A stretch of DNA of 64,000 bases from Macrostomum lignano (taxonomy: Eukaryota). Positions 1 through 11,990 of the stretch are shown piece after piece (position 1 is the first letter of the stretch; every line of letters begins with the position of its first letter). The notes beneath the pieces are model-generated. The model did no database searches. It was not told the origin of the DNA and worked only from the letters and a program-made list of their open reading frames with translations. The stretch covers positions 62,001 to 126,000 of the forward strand of contig NIVC01002162.1 in the NCBI GenBank assembly GCA_002269645.1, read 5' to 3'. The position numbers and the translations under genes were made by a program.

Positions 1-972
1 AATTTGATTGCATGCAGGTGAGTGCAGAGAGTCCATCATCGATCTTCTTAAGCACTCCTTGATGTAATAATTTGATTCTTATTTCATAGTGTATGTCTTC
101 GTTGATGAGGTAAAAATTGTATAGTCTGGCCCGGGGGCGAAAAGCTTGCTTTTGGAACGTGAACAAATACAAGTGATTTCGTCATGCGAGAGCCCCTGCA
201 GGGCATCATGCAGTATATGATGGGAGCACAGATTAACTTGCCGTTGAAATCCGCTAAAGTTCTATTTGCCTGCTCAGATATTTGCTCAAAATCTTAACAA
301 GCATATTTTCATGTATCAAAATTAAAACGTTCTGGCAATTTTAAGATGTATATCTGCATATCGATATCGATGGAAATTTCTTGCGTGCAGGGCCGAGTGG
401 ATGATCCAGGGTTTTCTTCTGGAGGAGGTAATTCATTTCTTTATACATATGTACAAGCTGCTGAAACCTGCGGATTTTGAACCCGGGGAATTCCAATCCC
501 CGGAACTATTTCTGCATGCATTCTGTAGTGACTTGGCTGGGTTGATTTTTGTTAGTGATGTTAGCTTGTACTTTATTCAGTGTTTGGGGGTGGTGTTTTT
601 ACCTGTTTCGCTATGTGCGCCTCCTACAATATCTTGATGTACGCTTCTACTCATGTACGTTCTTCATTCTGACCACTCTTGTTCTCCACCCCTAAGCCTT
701 ATCCACTAAATGTATCGTGCTCAATATTTACAATATAAATCGCAGTCACTTGCCTCGTATCAAGCGTATATCGTTCTACAATCTAAAGTGAAGTCTTCAC
801 ACATTAAAAAATCTATACGGTCTACTCAAATAAAAAATTGTTAATGGCTAGCATAGAGGTACATAAAATGGAGTACATTCGTATAAAATTAGGACTTGAG
901 GCAAACATGCATTGATATTGTTGGCTGGGGTGCTGCGCAGAATGTCAGGCAATGTCTGTCTGACTCGTAAAA

Positions 973-2318
973 CATGTATGGCAAACTCTGGCCTCTGCCT
1001 CTGCCTCTCCCTACATCCCTTGGATCCTTTGAAACTTCTATCTTCTCTTCTGTTTCCTCTCTCCTCTCTCATCTCTCGTCTCTCTTCTCTTCTCTCTTCG
1101 CATCTCTTCTCTTCTTTCCTTTCTCCTCTCTCCTTTCTCCTCTCTCCCCTCTTCTCTCGTCTCTTCCCTCATCTCTCTTCGCTTTCATCTCTCTTATATC
1201 ATCTCTTCTCTCTTTCCTCTCTCATCTCCTCCCTCCTCTCTTCTCTCTCGGTCTGCTCTCTAATCTCTCCTTTCTCCTCTGTTCTCTCTGTTCTCTCTCC
1301 CCTCTTCTCACTCCTCTCCCCTCTCTCAACACTTCCCTCATCTCTCCTCTCTCCTCTCTTATCTCTTCTTATTTTTTTTTCTGCTCTCTCCCTCTCTCTC
1401 CATCTCTCTTTCTTATCTCTCCTCTCATCTCTCTGCTCTCTCAACTACCATCTCTCCTCCTCTCTACTCTCTCCCTCTACATTATTCTCTTTCCTCTCCT
1501 CTTTCCATTTTTCCTTCTCTCTCCCTTTTCCCCTATCTCCCCTGTCCTCTACCCCTTCTCTCCCCTCCTCTCTTATCTCCTCACTCACTTCTCTCTCCCT
1601 TTTGTCTCACCTCTCATCTCTCATCTCTTATCTCTTATCTCTTATCTCTCCTCTGCTCTCTCGTCTCCCCTCTCCCATCTGTCATCTTTACTCTATTAAA
1701 TGTTCTCTCACCTGTCTCCTCTGTACTCTTTTCTTTCCCCTCTTTTGACCGATCCTTTCTTTCCTTTCTCCTTTCTTCTCTTCTCTTCTCTTCTCTTCCC
1801 TCTTCTATACTCTCTCCCTCTCTTGTCTCCTCTCTTCTCTCTCAATACTCCTCTCTCCTCCTTGATCTCTAATATTTCATTTCTCATCTCTCCTTACACC
1901 TCTCTCATCTCTACAACCTTATCTCTTCTCACTTGCCTTTACTCTCTCATCTCTCTTTTCATCTCTTTCCTCTCTCCTCGCTGCTCTCCTCTCTTCTGTC
2001 TATTCTCATCTGCAGCTCTCTGCTATTTCATTCCATCTCTTTCATCTCGCTTCTCCTATCTCCCCTCTTCTCTCTTCTCTCTCTCCTCTCTCATCTTCTT
2101 CTCTTCCCTTTTCTCTCATTTCTCTCTCCCCTCTTCTCCCCCTCTCTCTCATCGTCCTCACCCCCTCGTCTCCCGTATTATCTTTTATCTTTTCTCTTAT
2201 CCCCTCTCTTGCTCTTTTCTAATCGTCTATTTCTTCTTTTTCTCCGCTCTCATCTGCCCCTCAGCTATGGGCTGGATTTTTTATCTGGACTTGGAGATAA
2301 AAGTCTGCCCATCCCTGC
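973..2318. repeat. CT-rich low-complexity tract (~1030-2260) bracketed by degenerate hAT-like ends
   Basis: Near-pure pyrimidine (ctct/ctctt) tract. The right flank ends ...AAAAGTCTGCCCATCCCTG (reverse complement CAGGGATGGGCAGAC, hAT-like TIR); the left flank CATGTATGGCAAACTCTGGCC is a weak match. ORFs here (912..2398) are Leu/Ser low-complexity artefacts. The tract is certain, the hAT call tentative. Confidence 0.6.
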
Positions 2319-3423
2319 TTAGAAAGCCAATTTGTGGGACGCAGTCTCAATATACTAAAAGTCTAGCGTTGTTGGTGTGTATGTTGCAAATTATGTGAAA
2401 GTTAAAAATTAAAATAGCCTATAGCCTTTTCCGGAAAATTTGCAGCTTTCCCATATATAAGTTTCGACGCTGACTTGCTGGTAGTCTAGAAGAAAAGTTG
2501 CAACATACACACAAACAACGCTAGACTTTTAGTATATTGAAGAGAAGAGAGAAGAGGGAGATAGTACATCAGTGATTGCGGTGATCGGTGATGTATTATC
2601 ATGCATATTGCTCTCTTTATCAAGATCGACCTACTAATACTTGTGGGGGGGGGAAATTACAATGCCATCTATAGGCAAAATCTGCCGCGGGCCCATGCAG
2701 TAAGTTAGATTTTGTTTTGGGCCGGCCTAATTATAGATGCATGGAGTCTGGGCATTGAGTATAGGATTTAGCTGAGAAAGTCTATTGGACAGAAACCGAT
2801 GGTTCCTAGCAGTATCACCTCCAGGTTTTCGATTCCACATATGCATGTAGCTATAGCTGCTATATCTATAAACACTATGTCTGTTTTATCTATGTTACAT
2901 ATATGTACATGTTAAATTCTATCTTTTTAAAGCTGTAGAATGTGCAAACGCGGTAATAGTATATAGGATCACCCATTTTATAAACTTTAAAAAAGTGCCA
3001 TATACAAAAGTTACCAACTACATACATTTGTGTACCATTCTAAGCAATAAGCATATCATATCTCACATTCATGAAAAGATTACTGTAGCTTATACCAAGC
3101 CAAAATATTTGCTACCTTTTAAACGGAATGAAAGGTTATGCGGCGGCTCTTTCGTTGGTGAAGTGTCTAAAAATAGAATCGAGGCTTTCCTCTGTAATGA
3201 TTAAATTTAGCTGCAATGTACTCAACTCGTATTGTGGGGTGTTCAGCAAAAACACGTGTGTGTACATACAATGCATGCACATCTGCAAGGCAATTCCACT
3301 GATTTTCCGTTGATCTATGAAATAATTCTGTTGCTTGACCCAAGATTCTGATGCATATCTGTACTGTATTCTGTATGACAACTACCCGAGCTACAAGTCA
3401 TGTAGACGCGTATTAGTAAAATA

Positions 3424-6400
3424 ATGATAATGCCACTTCAAAGAGAAGCTGGTCCAGACAACGAAGAGAACAACAATGATGGTTGGTCCGCTTTGCACTT
3501 CGCTAGCCACCGCGGCGACCTAGAGTCAATTCAGAGCCTCATCAAATCCGGAGTTGACGTCAATCTTCAAGCTAAGTGCGGAAGAACAGCATTGCATCTG
3601 GCTATATACGAAGGGCATGTTGAGGCTGTTGAAATTCTGCTATTTGAGGGTCTGGCTAATCCCAATGCTCTATCAGCCAACAGTATCTTGCCCATTCACC
3701 TGGCAGTTGTTAAAAAATCGGTTTCAATGCTGCATCTTCTGATCAATGCCGGTGCTGATGTGAATCTACAACAAGACTCTGAACCGCCGCCTATCCTGCT
3801 AGCTATTCTTGCTGATTTCTCCACAGGCGCAGATTTTCTGATTTCACACGGAGCAAATGTCGACTCGTGCACCACGTCGAGTACTTTTATAGACATTTGC
3901 AAAGTTTTAACCTACGATTCAGCTCCCAATCACTTCACTTCAAGAGAGAAATCTATTCTCAGCCGCCCAGGGGTGCCAGCAATGGTAGCCGCCACCCTCC
4001 GAGGTGATCAACACATAGTCAGACGACTCATCGAATCCGCGGCCGTCGTGGAGGCTCACGGTAAACTCGGCTCGGCGGCTTTGCATCATGCGGCATGCAG
4101 CAACAGATTCAATATCATGAAGGATCTGCTGAAATCTTCACTGGATGTTGATGTGCAAAACAACTGGGGCAATTCGGCTCTTCATTTAGCCGTGAAGAAT
4201 GGTTACACCGACTTAGTCGATATGCTGCTTGATTACGGTGCAAATATAAACATTCAGAACTGTAACGATGGCTGTACTCCGCTGCATAGGGCAACCGACT
4301 ATAACCACATAAAGGTCGTCACACAGCTGGTTAATCGTGGCGCCAATATCAACGCCCAAGACTGTGCCGGTTGTTCGCCTTTACACCTGGCAGCTGCTAG
4401 TGACCTGCCAAAAATGGTTGCTCATCTTATTTCTCTAGGCGCTACAGTTGACCTAGTGTCGAATCAAGGTTACACGCCGCTGTGCTATGCTACCGAGATT
4501 GGATCAATCGGCGTTGTTCGCGTTCTAGTTAACGCTGGCGCTCAAATTGATTTTCGATCGATTTCATCATCTGCTGCTACTCCCATGGAGTTAGCTGCGC
4601 TTAACGGTCATCTAGAAGTTTTAGCTGAACTTGCCGCACATTCTGGAGCGATGCTCGATAAAATTGATGCTCAATCTGATGGATTGTCCATATTGCACAT
4701 GGCCTCGTTAGGCGGTCACTCTCATATTGTTCATCACCTGGTTATGCACTGTGGCGTCTGTGTGGATCAGCTGACAACTAAATCTGGTCTGACTCCCTTG
4801 CACATAGCTGCCCAGTTAGGTAACAAAGATGTAATAACTAAGCTAGTCGAATTAGGGGCCAATTTGAATTCGTCAACGACCGATGGCTGGCGGCCTTTAG
4901 ACTACGCCTTCGCGTTGGGACACAAAGAAGCTGTAAGAGTTTTGCTTCAGAGCTGCATCAGTCTGCCAAGAAAAAATGCACAATTATGCATCACTTCGAT
5001 TGAATTGCACGAAAGAATGTTAAATGCCGGCTTCTGCTCTGCCAATGCCGCTGTGCAGAGAGGCTGCGCTGGTGTTCTTGAGGAACTCACTCGACTTCGC
5101 AACGGGATAAACTGCTATCTATTAGGCAGTTTTGCTGACGGCTGGGCCAGCAGCCTGACTCGAGGCGACTCTAGAATTGGCAGAGATTCTGACTTGGATT
5201 TGACCTGCATTGAGCCGCGACTTGTTCTATCTTTCGTTGACGGAACCAACGACTGTACTACTCAGAACTGTAGAAATCCTGTCGGAACTGTTTGCTATGA
5301 AAATGGTCACCTTTGCTACGAAGTACAATGTAAGTTTATTTAGAATATGCATGCACAACTTGCTGTGCAATGTTGGTTTAATTATAAATTCTACATTTTT
5401 TTCTCACGCAACCGTCATTTTAGCAACAAGGCCAAACAAAGTAATCCCTGGATCTTGCCTAAGACCTGCAATCGATAGGATAACCGCCCATCCCTGCGCT
5501 CGCTATCCTCTGATCAAGCCACTTCAACCAGACTATAAGACAAGCATTCCCGAACACGTGCTGCAGCAGCTGCAAAAAGTATTGACCTCGTCAGTGTGTC
5601 ACGCAGTTTCAGCAGCTCCTCCGGGACTTGAAGGCCGACGGATGCGACTGAGCAGTACATTTCTAGAGCTAGTTCTCATGAGCAATCTCAGCACTGTTCA
5701 AGGTCAACTATACGTGCTTATCAAGTTTGTGATAAAGCATGTGATTAATAAGCGAACTCCTGGGTTGAAAACGTACCACGCCAAGACCTTATTTTTTCAC
5801 ATGCTTGACAGTATGCCCGCTGGCGACTGGAGACCCGATAATCTTATTCAACTGTTGGATCTGTCGCTAGATAAACTTATTGGTTTCCTTTTGGAAGATG
5901 ATACTAGCGTGTCCAGGCACCACTGTATGCCTCATTTCTTCTTTCAGAATGCTGTCATATTTCAGAAAGAGAACCACAGATTCAAGAGCTGCATTGCTAA
6001 CTATGTTGAACAAGTTAAGCGCGATCTGCAACTCGTACTGTCAGACTTTGCGGCTAACCTTCATAATAAAACTGACACTTTTATTGAGTTTCATCCGTTC
6101 GCCATCATGCCGCTGCTGCACGACGTATCGGCGCCAAGACCGAGCGGCAGTGCAACCGTTAGCTATCTGGAAATTTACGATCTAGTCCGTCATGTCGTAC
6201 TGTTTTTAAGTCAGAACGACGCTGATCAGAGCTTTGAAAGCCTGATGCAGCTTACGAATAGGCTACCGGATAGTGCAAGAACTACAAGAGACTGCCTTCA
6301 AATTATGCTGTGCATGAAGTTTGACAAGCCACTGCCAGACTCAGCTAGGCAAGACTGTGCAGCCTGTTGCGGTATTCCTTATTCATTAGGAAACAGTGAA

Positions 6401-6987
6401 ATGTCGACCCACGAAGCACGAAGCCTGATATGGAAACACCTGCAAGAGAACAATACCGCCTGGAAGTTTTGTTTCGAGTTCATCGAAGATCTGGACTTTC
6501 CATTTCTTCCGGCGCGTATCAGAGAAATATTTCTAATGCGAACAGGCGGTTACGGAAGCAGCACCAAATACTGCTATATCAACTTTGATGCTTTAAAGAA
6601 AGCCTTGAATTTAGAAGCCTTCACGAAAGACCATGACACTTGTCTGACGATGGCTCGGAGATGGTTGGACCAGCTTCGCTCAAAAGATGCAGACCTGCAC
6701 GAGCTGCTGACCGCATTGCAGTATTGCAACGACCAGTCGCTCGTGTTGAGCGCTGTTCGCGAGCACCTGAAGGAAATCTCAGAAGCGGGACTTCACACCA
6801 AATTTGTTAAAATATTAGAGCGATGGGTAAGTGTCCATTTTTATTAGTCTGTTTAACAAAATTTCTCCCCAATATACTTTTTGTGCGCTAACAGTCTTGC
6901 GTGAATTTTTTCAATTGATTTTAGAAACCGAAGGACATTCTGTCTTATCAAAAGGAAAGAAGAGAAGAATCTAAAAAATATGCTTGA
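3424..6987 (+). CDS. Ankyrin-repeat (~14 repeats) + Mab-21/cGAS-like nucleotidyltransferase (cGLR-type) protein, ~1110-1125 aa
   Basis: Exon 3424..5329, intron 5330..5423 (GTAAGT...TTTTAG, phase 1, joins the two long ORFs in frame), exon from 5424. It ends either at TAG 6847 or via donor TGG|GTAAGT at 6827 to a terminal exon 6925..6987 (KPKDILSYQKERREESKKYA*). ANK consensus repeats (GxTPLHxAA...G...V..Lv..GA.vn). NTase motifs YLLGSFADGW (GS at 5125-5130), DSDLDL (5185-5202), IDRITAHPCARYP (D at 5474-5476). Mab-21 C-lobe motifs MRLSSTFLE, LKTYHAKTLFF, CMPHFF. Confidence 0.85.
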
Positions 6988-8039
6988 AAAAACAGCTGCT
7001 GAGGAAATATTGCTTGCAGCAACTCCTTCTCCACTCTTCTAGCAGAAAAAATGAATGTTTACTGCTAGTTAAACAGTTGAATTCGGCTTGTGAAGCTTCG
7101 CGCATGCAGCATACATAATTTTCAGCTCATTGAAAATTCTACAGCTATTTATTTAGAAGTTGAACAAGCCCATCGGATCATTGGATTTCCATGACAACCG
7201 ACAGTGAAAACTGACATCCTAAATAGCTGATCACAGCGACAGGCCATCATGACACACAGAGGGAGTAATCTATTTCAAGAGGTTGCGGTCTCTTTAGCCT
7301 CATGATTTTTACTTCCTGTCCTGCTGTGTACGCAGATTTGGACTTGGACAGATACGCTCGAACGGCTCCGAACGGCCTTTCGTGACTCCGTCGTTGCTAC
7401 GCCGCCGCTGGCGATGCAGGAGGTGCTGCTAAACTCACTTATCTAATAAATGCAGAGGATTAACAGGCATGTTACCCGATGTTTTTGTTAACTGCCTGGT
7501 AGCTGATGCGGCATCCCGGATGCTGTCGCCGGACACGGGCTATGTTGGTACCCAAGGCTTTCAAGCGCGGTGTGACGCTGTTTTCTTTCAGGCCTTTTGT
7601 ACAAACACGTGTTGCTGATGCTTTTGTATAGTTGTTTTTACTTGAAAGCTTTCTACTGAAGACCGACGTCAAAAAGATGTTTATAAAACGATCTTGATAA
7701 TTTTTTATCGCTATTGATTTTGCGCAATTTGCAATTGGCATTTGAGCACTTTTTGTTTCTACATGTATTTCCTGAAATTTTTCAAAATACTGTATACGAA
7801 CGTAATGTGAAAGTTGAATCGATTTTTTTATTTGTTGTCATTTTTAATACACAAGTATTCGACAAAGGTAGCTGATAATTTTTGAGTTCTGTCTACACCC
7901 TGTCACCATGTACTGTACTGTCTACACCCTGTCATTTGTCAGTTGATCGCTAAAGGTTTCAACTGTAGCCCGCTTCTAATATATTTTCCGAGTTCCTGGA
8001 ATTCACTATCATTTTTCGTAGCATCGAGACTTTTCTTCT

Positions 8040-8760
8040 AAGAGTCTGAGAGTGACAAGATGCTTTCTGTAGCGATGCTCTCAGATTTGCTCGTCATTTT
8101 CTAGAAGTTCATCCTCAGGTGCTGCATCTTGCACGGGTGCCCTGGACAAGACGTCAGCGTCCTCGTTTTCTTTGCCTCTTACCCACCTATAGATAAGTAG
8201 ATGAATGCGTCTAACTTCTGGAGGAGCCCCAACAGTCCCAGAATTCTCGATCTGGTCCAGGGTGTTAGCGATTGAGCTTCAATAGGCTCCAATGGTTTGT
8301 GATCTGTTATCATTTCAAACATCGGCAAACCCTTCAGAAATACCCTGTAATAGAAAGTTGTCTTCGCATACCTTCGAAGCATCCCTGGTCCCTGTCACTC
8401 GATAAGGATTTGTTTTTCTTCTTTAGCAGTTCTCCCTTGTCACTTATTAGAACTACCTAATTCACCTAACTTTCTGGTGACAGGTTTCTGGTTCTATTTT
8501 GTACTCATTAGAGCCGATGCGGAATCCTGCTAAAGTTGCGTCAGTTTCTGCTACATCAAATTTTCTGCATTCAATGAAATCCCGAATTCCATACGCTGAG
8601 CGCAAAGATGCAGTCGCTGCTTTCTGGGTCCGCGTGGAAGAACTGCTAGGCCTGAAATTACTTCAAAGCTGTTCCATGTTTGGATCCATTGCGAGAACAG
8701 GTTGCCTGTGAAACTCCATGTCGAATTTTGACACAGCTCTAATATCAAGCTTTAGCGTGT
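8040..8760 (-). mobile_element. Degenerate, internally deleted Ty3/Gypsy pol relic (RT end + RNase H)
   Basis: Minus-strand pieces in shifting frames: EFGISLNA..F.VAETDATLAGFRIGSNEY (RT thumb), FLKGLPMFEMITDHKPL and ADVLSRAP (Gypsy RNase H motifs). Frameshifts and stops; no LTRs recognised. Confidence 0.75.
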
Positions 8761-9352
8761 CTGTGGCATTCATTGCCTGCCGTTCCATGCGTTGTCATGT
8801 TGCGTCGTCTGTCCGCGAAGTCACTTATTTACTGTGCCTAACAGTAAAGCGCCCACCGAAATGAAATAACAGCATTGGAGCTCCACAGGCGGCTGGTTGT
8901 CTGTCTGTCTATCTGTCTGTCTGTCTGGCTGGCTGGGTGGCTGGCTGGCTGGGTGGCTAGCGCACTCGTGCTTATAGGTCGTTAATGTACTCAAAAGCCG
9001 TGTGTTACCTATCCAATGGAGAGATAGATGCACGGCTTGAGAGTGGAATAATGCCTAGACCACCAGTGCGCGTTAGCACTGGCATTATTGCAAGATCAAG
9101 CCGTGCATCTATCACATTGCTGACTGGTATCGCCAATTGTGGAGAAGATGTCAAATTTACCATAGACAAAGATCAATTAGCGTGCATTAATACGTCATTA
9201 GCACGTACGGCTAATTTTCGTATTTGGATACGCTATTTACTCTCGTATTTACGAGCTATTTATTTATTTATTTCGATGCACCCGTTGCACAAATTACGCA
9301 ACGCTTTAGTATTCGGGTTCCGAAAAGATAGCCAGAATCCAGTAAACTCCAC

Positions 9353-10509
9353 TCAGATGAGCATCTCGATTTCTTTGAGTGAATATAGGAAGCCGAATGG
9401 AAAGTACCAGTTGATTCCCACGGCGAACTCTTCCGTGTGCAGAGCAGCGGGTGGATAAAAGTACAAACCGTTTGGATTCGTCCTGTGGCACGCCGAGTAC
9501 CACCAACTTCCGCGAAACCTCTTGGCGCAGTTCCGCCTCGATGCGTTATTGTCCTTGTCGTGGGTGCTGAACTTCATGCCATTGTGATAGGCCATGCAGT
9601 CTCCAACGCCAGGGTGGCTGGCGGAGAACCCCGAGATGCTAAGCCGGAACTTGTCGGCCTCGCTGGCCACGGAGAAGCTGGAGTAGTCGGCCCAGAACTC
9701 CGTGCCATTCCACAGCCTCATTCGCATGCGAAGTGCTCGACCAGACGGCCAGGTCAGAGAGTGCACAGCTCGCAGACCTGCAGTTGTCAAGCAGAGCTCA
9801 ATGCTGAGCAGCTCACAGCCACAGGAGGCCAGCGCTATCAAAAAGTGCATCAATACCGTCATGACCGCACTGCACTGCACTCACTGAGCCAGTGGTTCGT
9901 GTGGGCTCCCTCTCCGAAGCCGGCTGCGTACTCGGTCCAGTTGCGATAGAAGTCTGTCGAGTTGTCCACCCGACGCTGGATGCTGATCCAGCAGTCGCTG
10001 AGTGACGTCACAAACACCTGCAGTGAGGCATTGAGAGCTGCGGTCAGGCAAGTGCTGTCAGTTACCTGGCTGTCAGGTGAGTCAGTGCACGCTTGCTACT
10101 CACCCTGATGCAGCACGGAGACTGGTGAGTGTGAGGCGTCAGTCTGCGACACACAGCGCCACTTCGGTTTGCTGGAATGCGAATGAGCTCAGCTGGGTGA
10201 GCAGCTTAATCAGGTTTAAGGCATCGAGCATGCAGCCAGGACTCACTCACCCACGATGCACTGGGGCTGCTGAGCACCGTCTCGAGGGATGAAGACCAGC
10301 AGCTGGTGAGCGAGCAGGTGCTTGGCAGCCTGTGCAGCGCACTGTAGCACATCGCTGGCTTGGTTGATGGAGGAGACGAAGAAGTGGCGGACTCGACCGC
10401 CCGACCAGCTGCTGCTGTGCACCTCATGCAAGCCAGTGCTAAAAGCGGGCAAGCTGAATATGCCGACCAGTATGAATATAATTATTGTGAGCCTCAATGT
10501 TTTTAGCAT
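9353..10509 (-). CDS. Secreted fibrinogen-related domain protein (FReD/FREP/ficolin-like), 301 aa
   Basis: 4 exons: 10509..10251, 10192..10104, 10017..9885, 9777..9353; all introns GT..AG and phases consistent (906 nt). Signal peptide MLKTLRLTIIIFILVGIFSLPAFSTG. FReD motifs WISIQRRVDNSTDFYRNWTEYAAGFG, HNGMKFSTHDKDN, CAKRFRGSWWYSACHRTNPNG. Confidence 0.88.
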
Positions 10510-11140
10510 TAATTCGGATGGATAATTTTTCAAATGATGAAATTTAGCACCTTGTATAGCTCCCGAATTAATGGTTTGATGCACCCACTCGTGCCACCTC
10601 ATCCTATATATAGATTATAGCAGTTCCATTAGCCCGTGGCTGTCTCTAAAACGTGCCTAAGCGGAAATCTACACCTAAAAGTGTTTGCTTTGCATCTATT
10701 TGAGCTGCTGCAACGCACCAGCGATGCTTTAAGCTTTTCGTCAAACAATCGACTTACAGAACCTGACTAGTTACTACATTTCTACTTTTCTGTTTTGTCA
10801 GGAAACTCAGCTTACACGACAGCTTTTAGAATATTTGCGTTTTAGTATAGTGTACATATTTCCTTGCAGACTGCCAATTACTTGCAAAATATATATCTAT
10901 GGATGATAAAAGCAAGAAAAACGTTGTCAGTGAGCCTCCAGCATAATAATTTTAGGTTAATTTAGGTTAATGAACTCGCAAATTTTATGATTGACAGCCT
11001 AACGGAGAAACCTACACAGGCGATAATGCGGTCTGATTTTAGTTTTCTATGTAGTCCGGTTTTAGAATCATACTAAAGTACAACTTGGAGTTCGGTTCAG
11101 GGAATTCGGTACTCTTATTCATTCATCCATTCTCACTCAG

Positions 11141-11493
11141 GCACCAAGGGCTTTAGCACCAGGGGCTTTAGCACCAGGGACTTTAGCATCAGGGGCTTTA
11201 GCACCAGGGACTTTAGCACCAGGGGCTTTAGCACCAGGGGCTTTAGCACCAGGGGCTTTAGCACCAGGGACTTTAGCACCAGGGGCTTTAGCACCAGGGG
11301 CTTTAGCACCAGGGGCTTTAGCACCAGGGGCTTTAGCACCAGAGGCTTTAGCACCAGGGGCTTTAGCACCAGGGGCTTTAGCACCAGGGGCTTTAGCACC
11401 AGGGGCTTTAGCACCAGGGGCTTTAGCACCAGGGGCTTTAGCACCAGGGGCTTTAGCACCAGGGGCTTTAGCACCAGGGACTTGAGCACCAGG
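11141..11493. repeat. 15-bp minisatellite (CAGGGGCTTTAGCAC), ~23 copies
   Basis: Near-perfect tandem units; source of the spurious (LKPLV)n ORF. Confidence 0.95.
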
Positions 11494-11990
11494 ATGTTTC
11501 CCAGAGTGTGTACACTATCTTAAAAGATGAGAAAGTCAGGGGCTGCACAGTCTATAGGACATGACTGCTTGCTGTTCTCATTATTGGCCACGCTTCAACT
11601 ATCAAAGAGTTGCAACGGTGCTCAAAGTGTATCTTCCACTATTTTAACAACACTAAACTCTTGTGATATGGGTATAGGGATAGAAAGTTCAAATTTAACA
11701 TAATTCTTATTTGTTTAAACGTTTCAAGTTAATTAAAAAACGCATGCGCGGAAACTAGTATCGTTAAACGTTACGTTGCGTGAGAAGCAAGCAAATAGAA
11801 TATATATTTATAATTTTTAGCAAACTAATGCACACAATCTGATATACAAAAATATTTTATTCACTAAATAAAAATCATTTAATGATAGAAAATTCTACGT
11901 ATAATTGGTTGCAGTTTTGCTTTCTGTTATAGATACATATTATAATTTCTGTTGTTTACTTGATGTTGTTTGCTGCTTGTGATCGTTCAG

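Noticed and set aside
1-700. Possible coding remnant at the window start
   Set aside because: Hand translation of the frames gives short stop-interrupted peptides with no motif I can identify.
7336-7450. Exon-like GC-rich segment after a CGCAG acceptor, downstream of the cGLR
   Set aside because: Open for only ~36 codons, with no recognisable homology or in-phase partner that I can establish.
10602-11758. Possible second Helitron (A|TCCTATATATAG ... CGCATGCG...CTAG|T) enclosing the first 15-bp array
   Set aside because: The hairpin is weak, the 5' match is short, and the sister array in a 371-nt intron has no such ends; insufficient without a family alignment.
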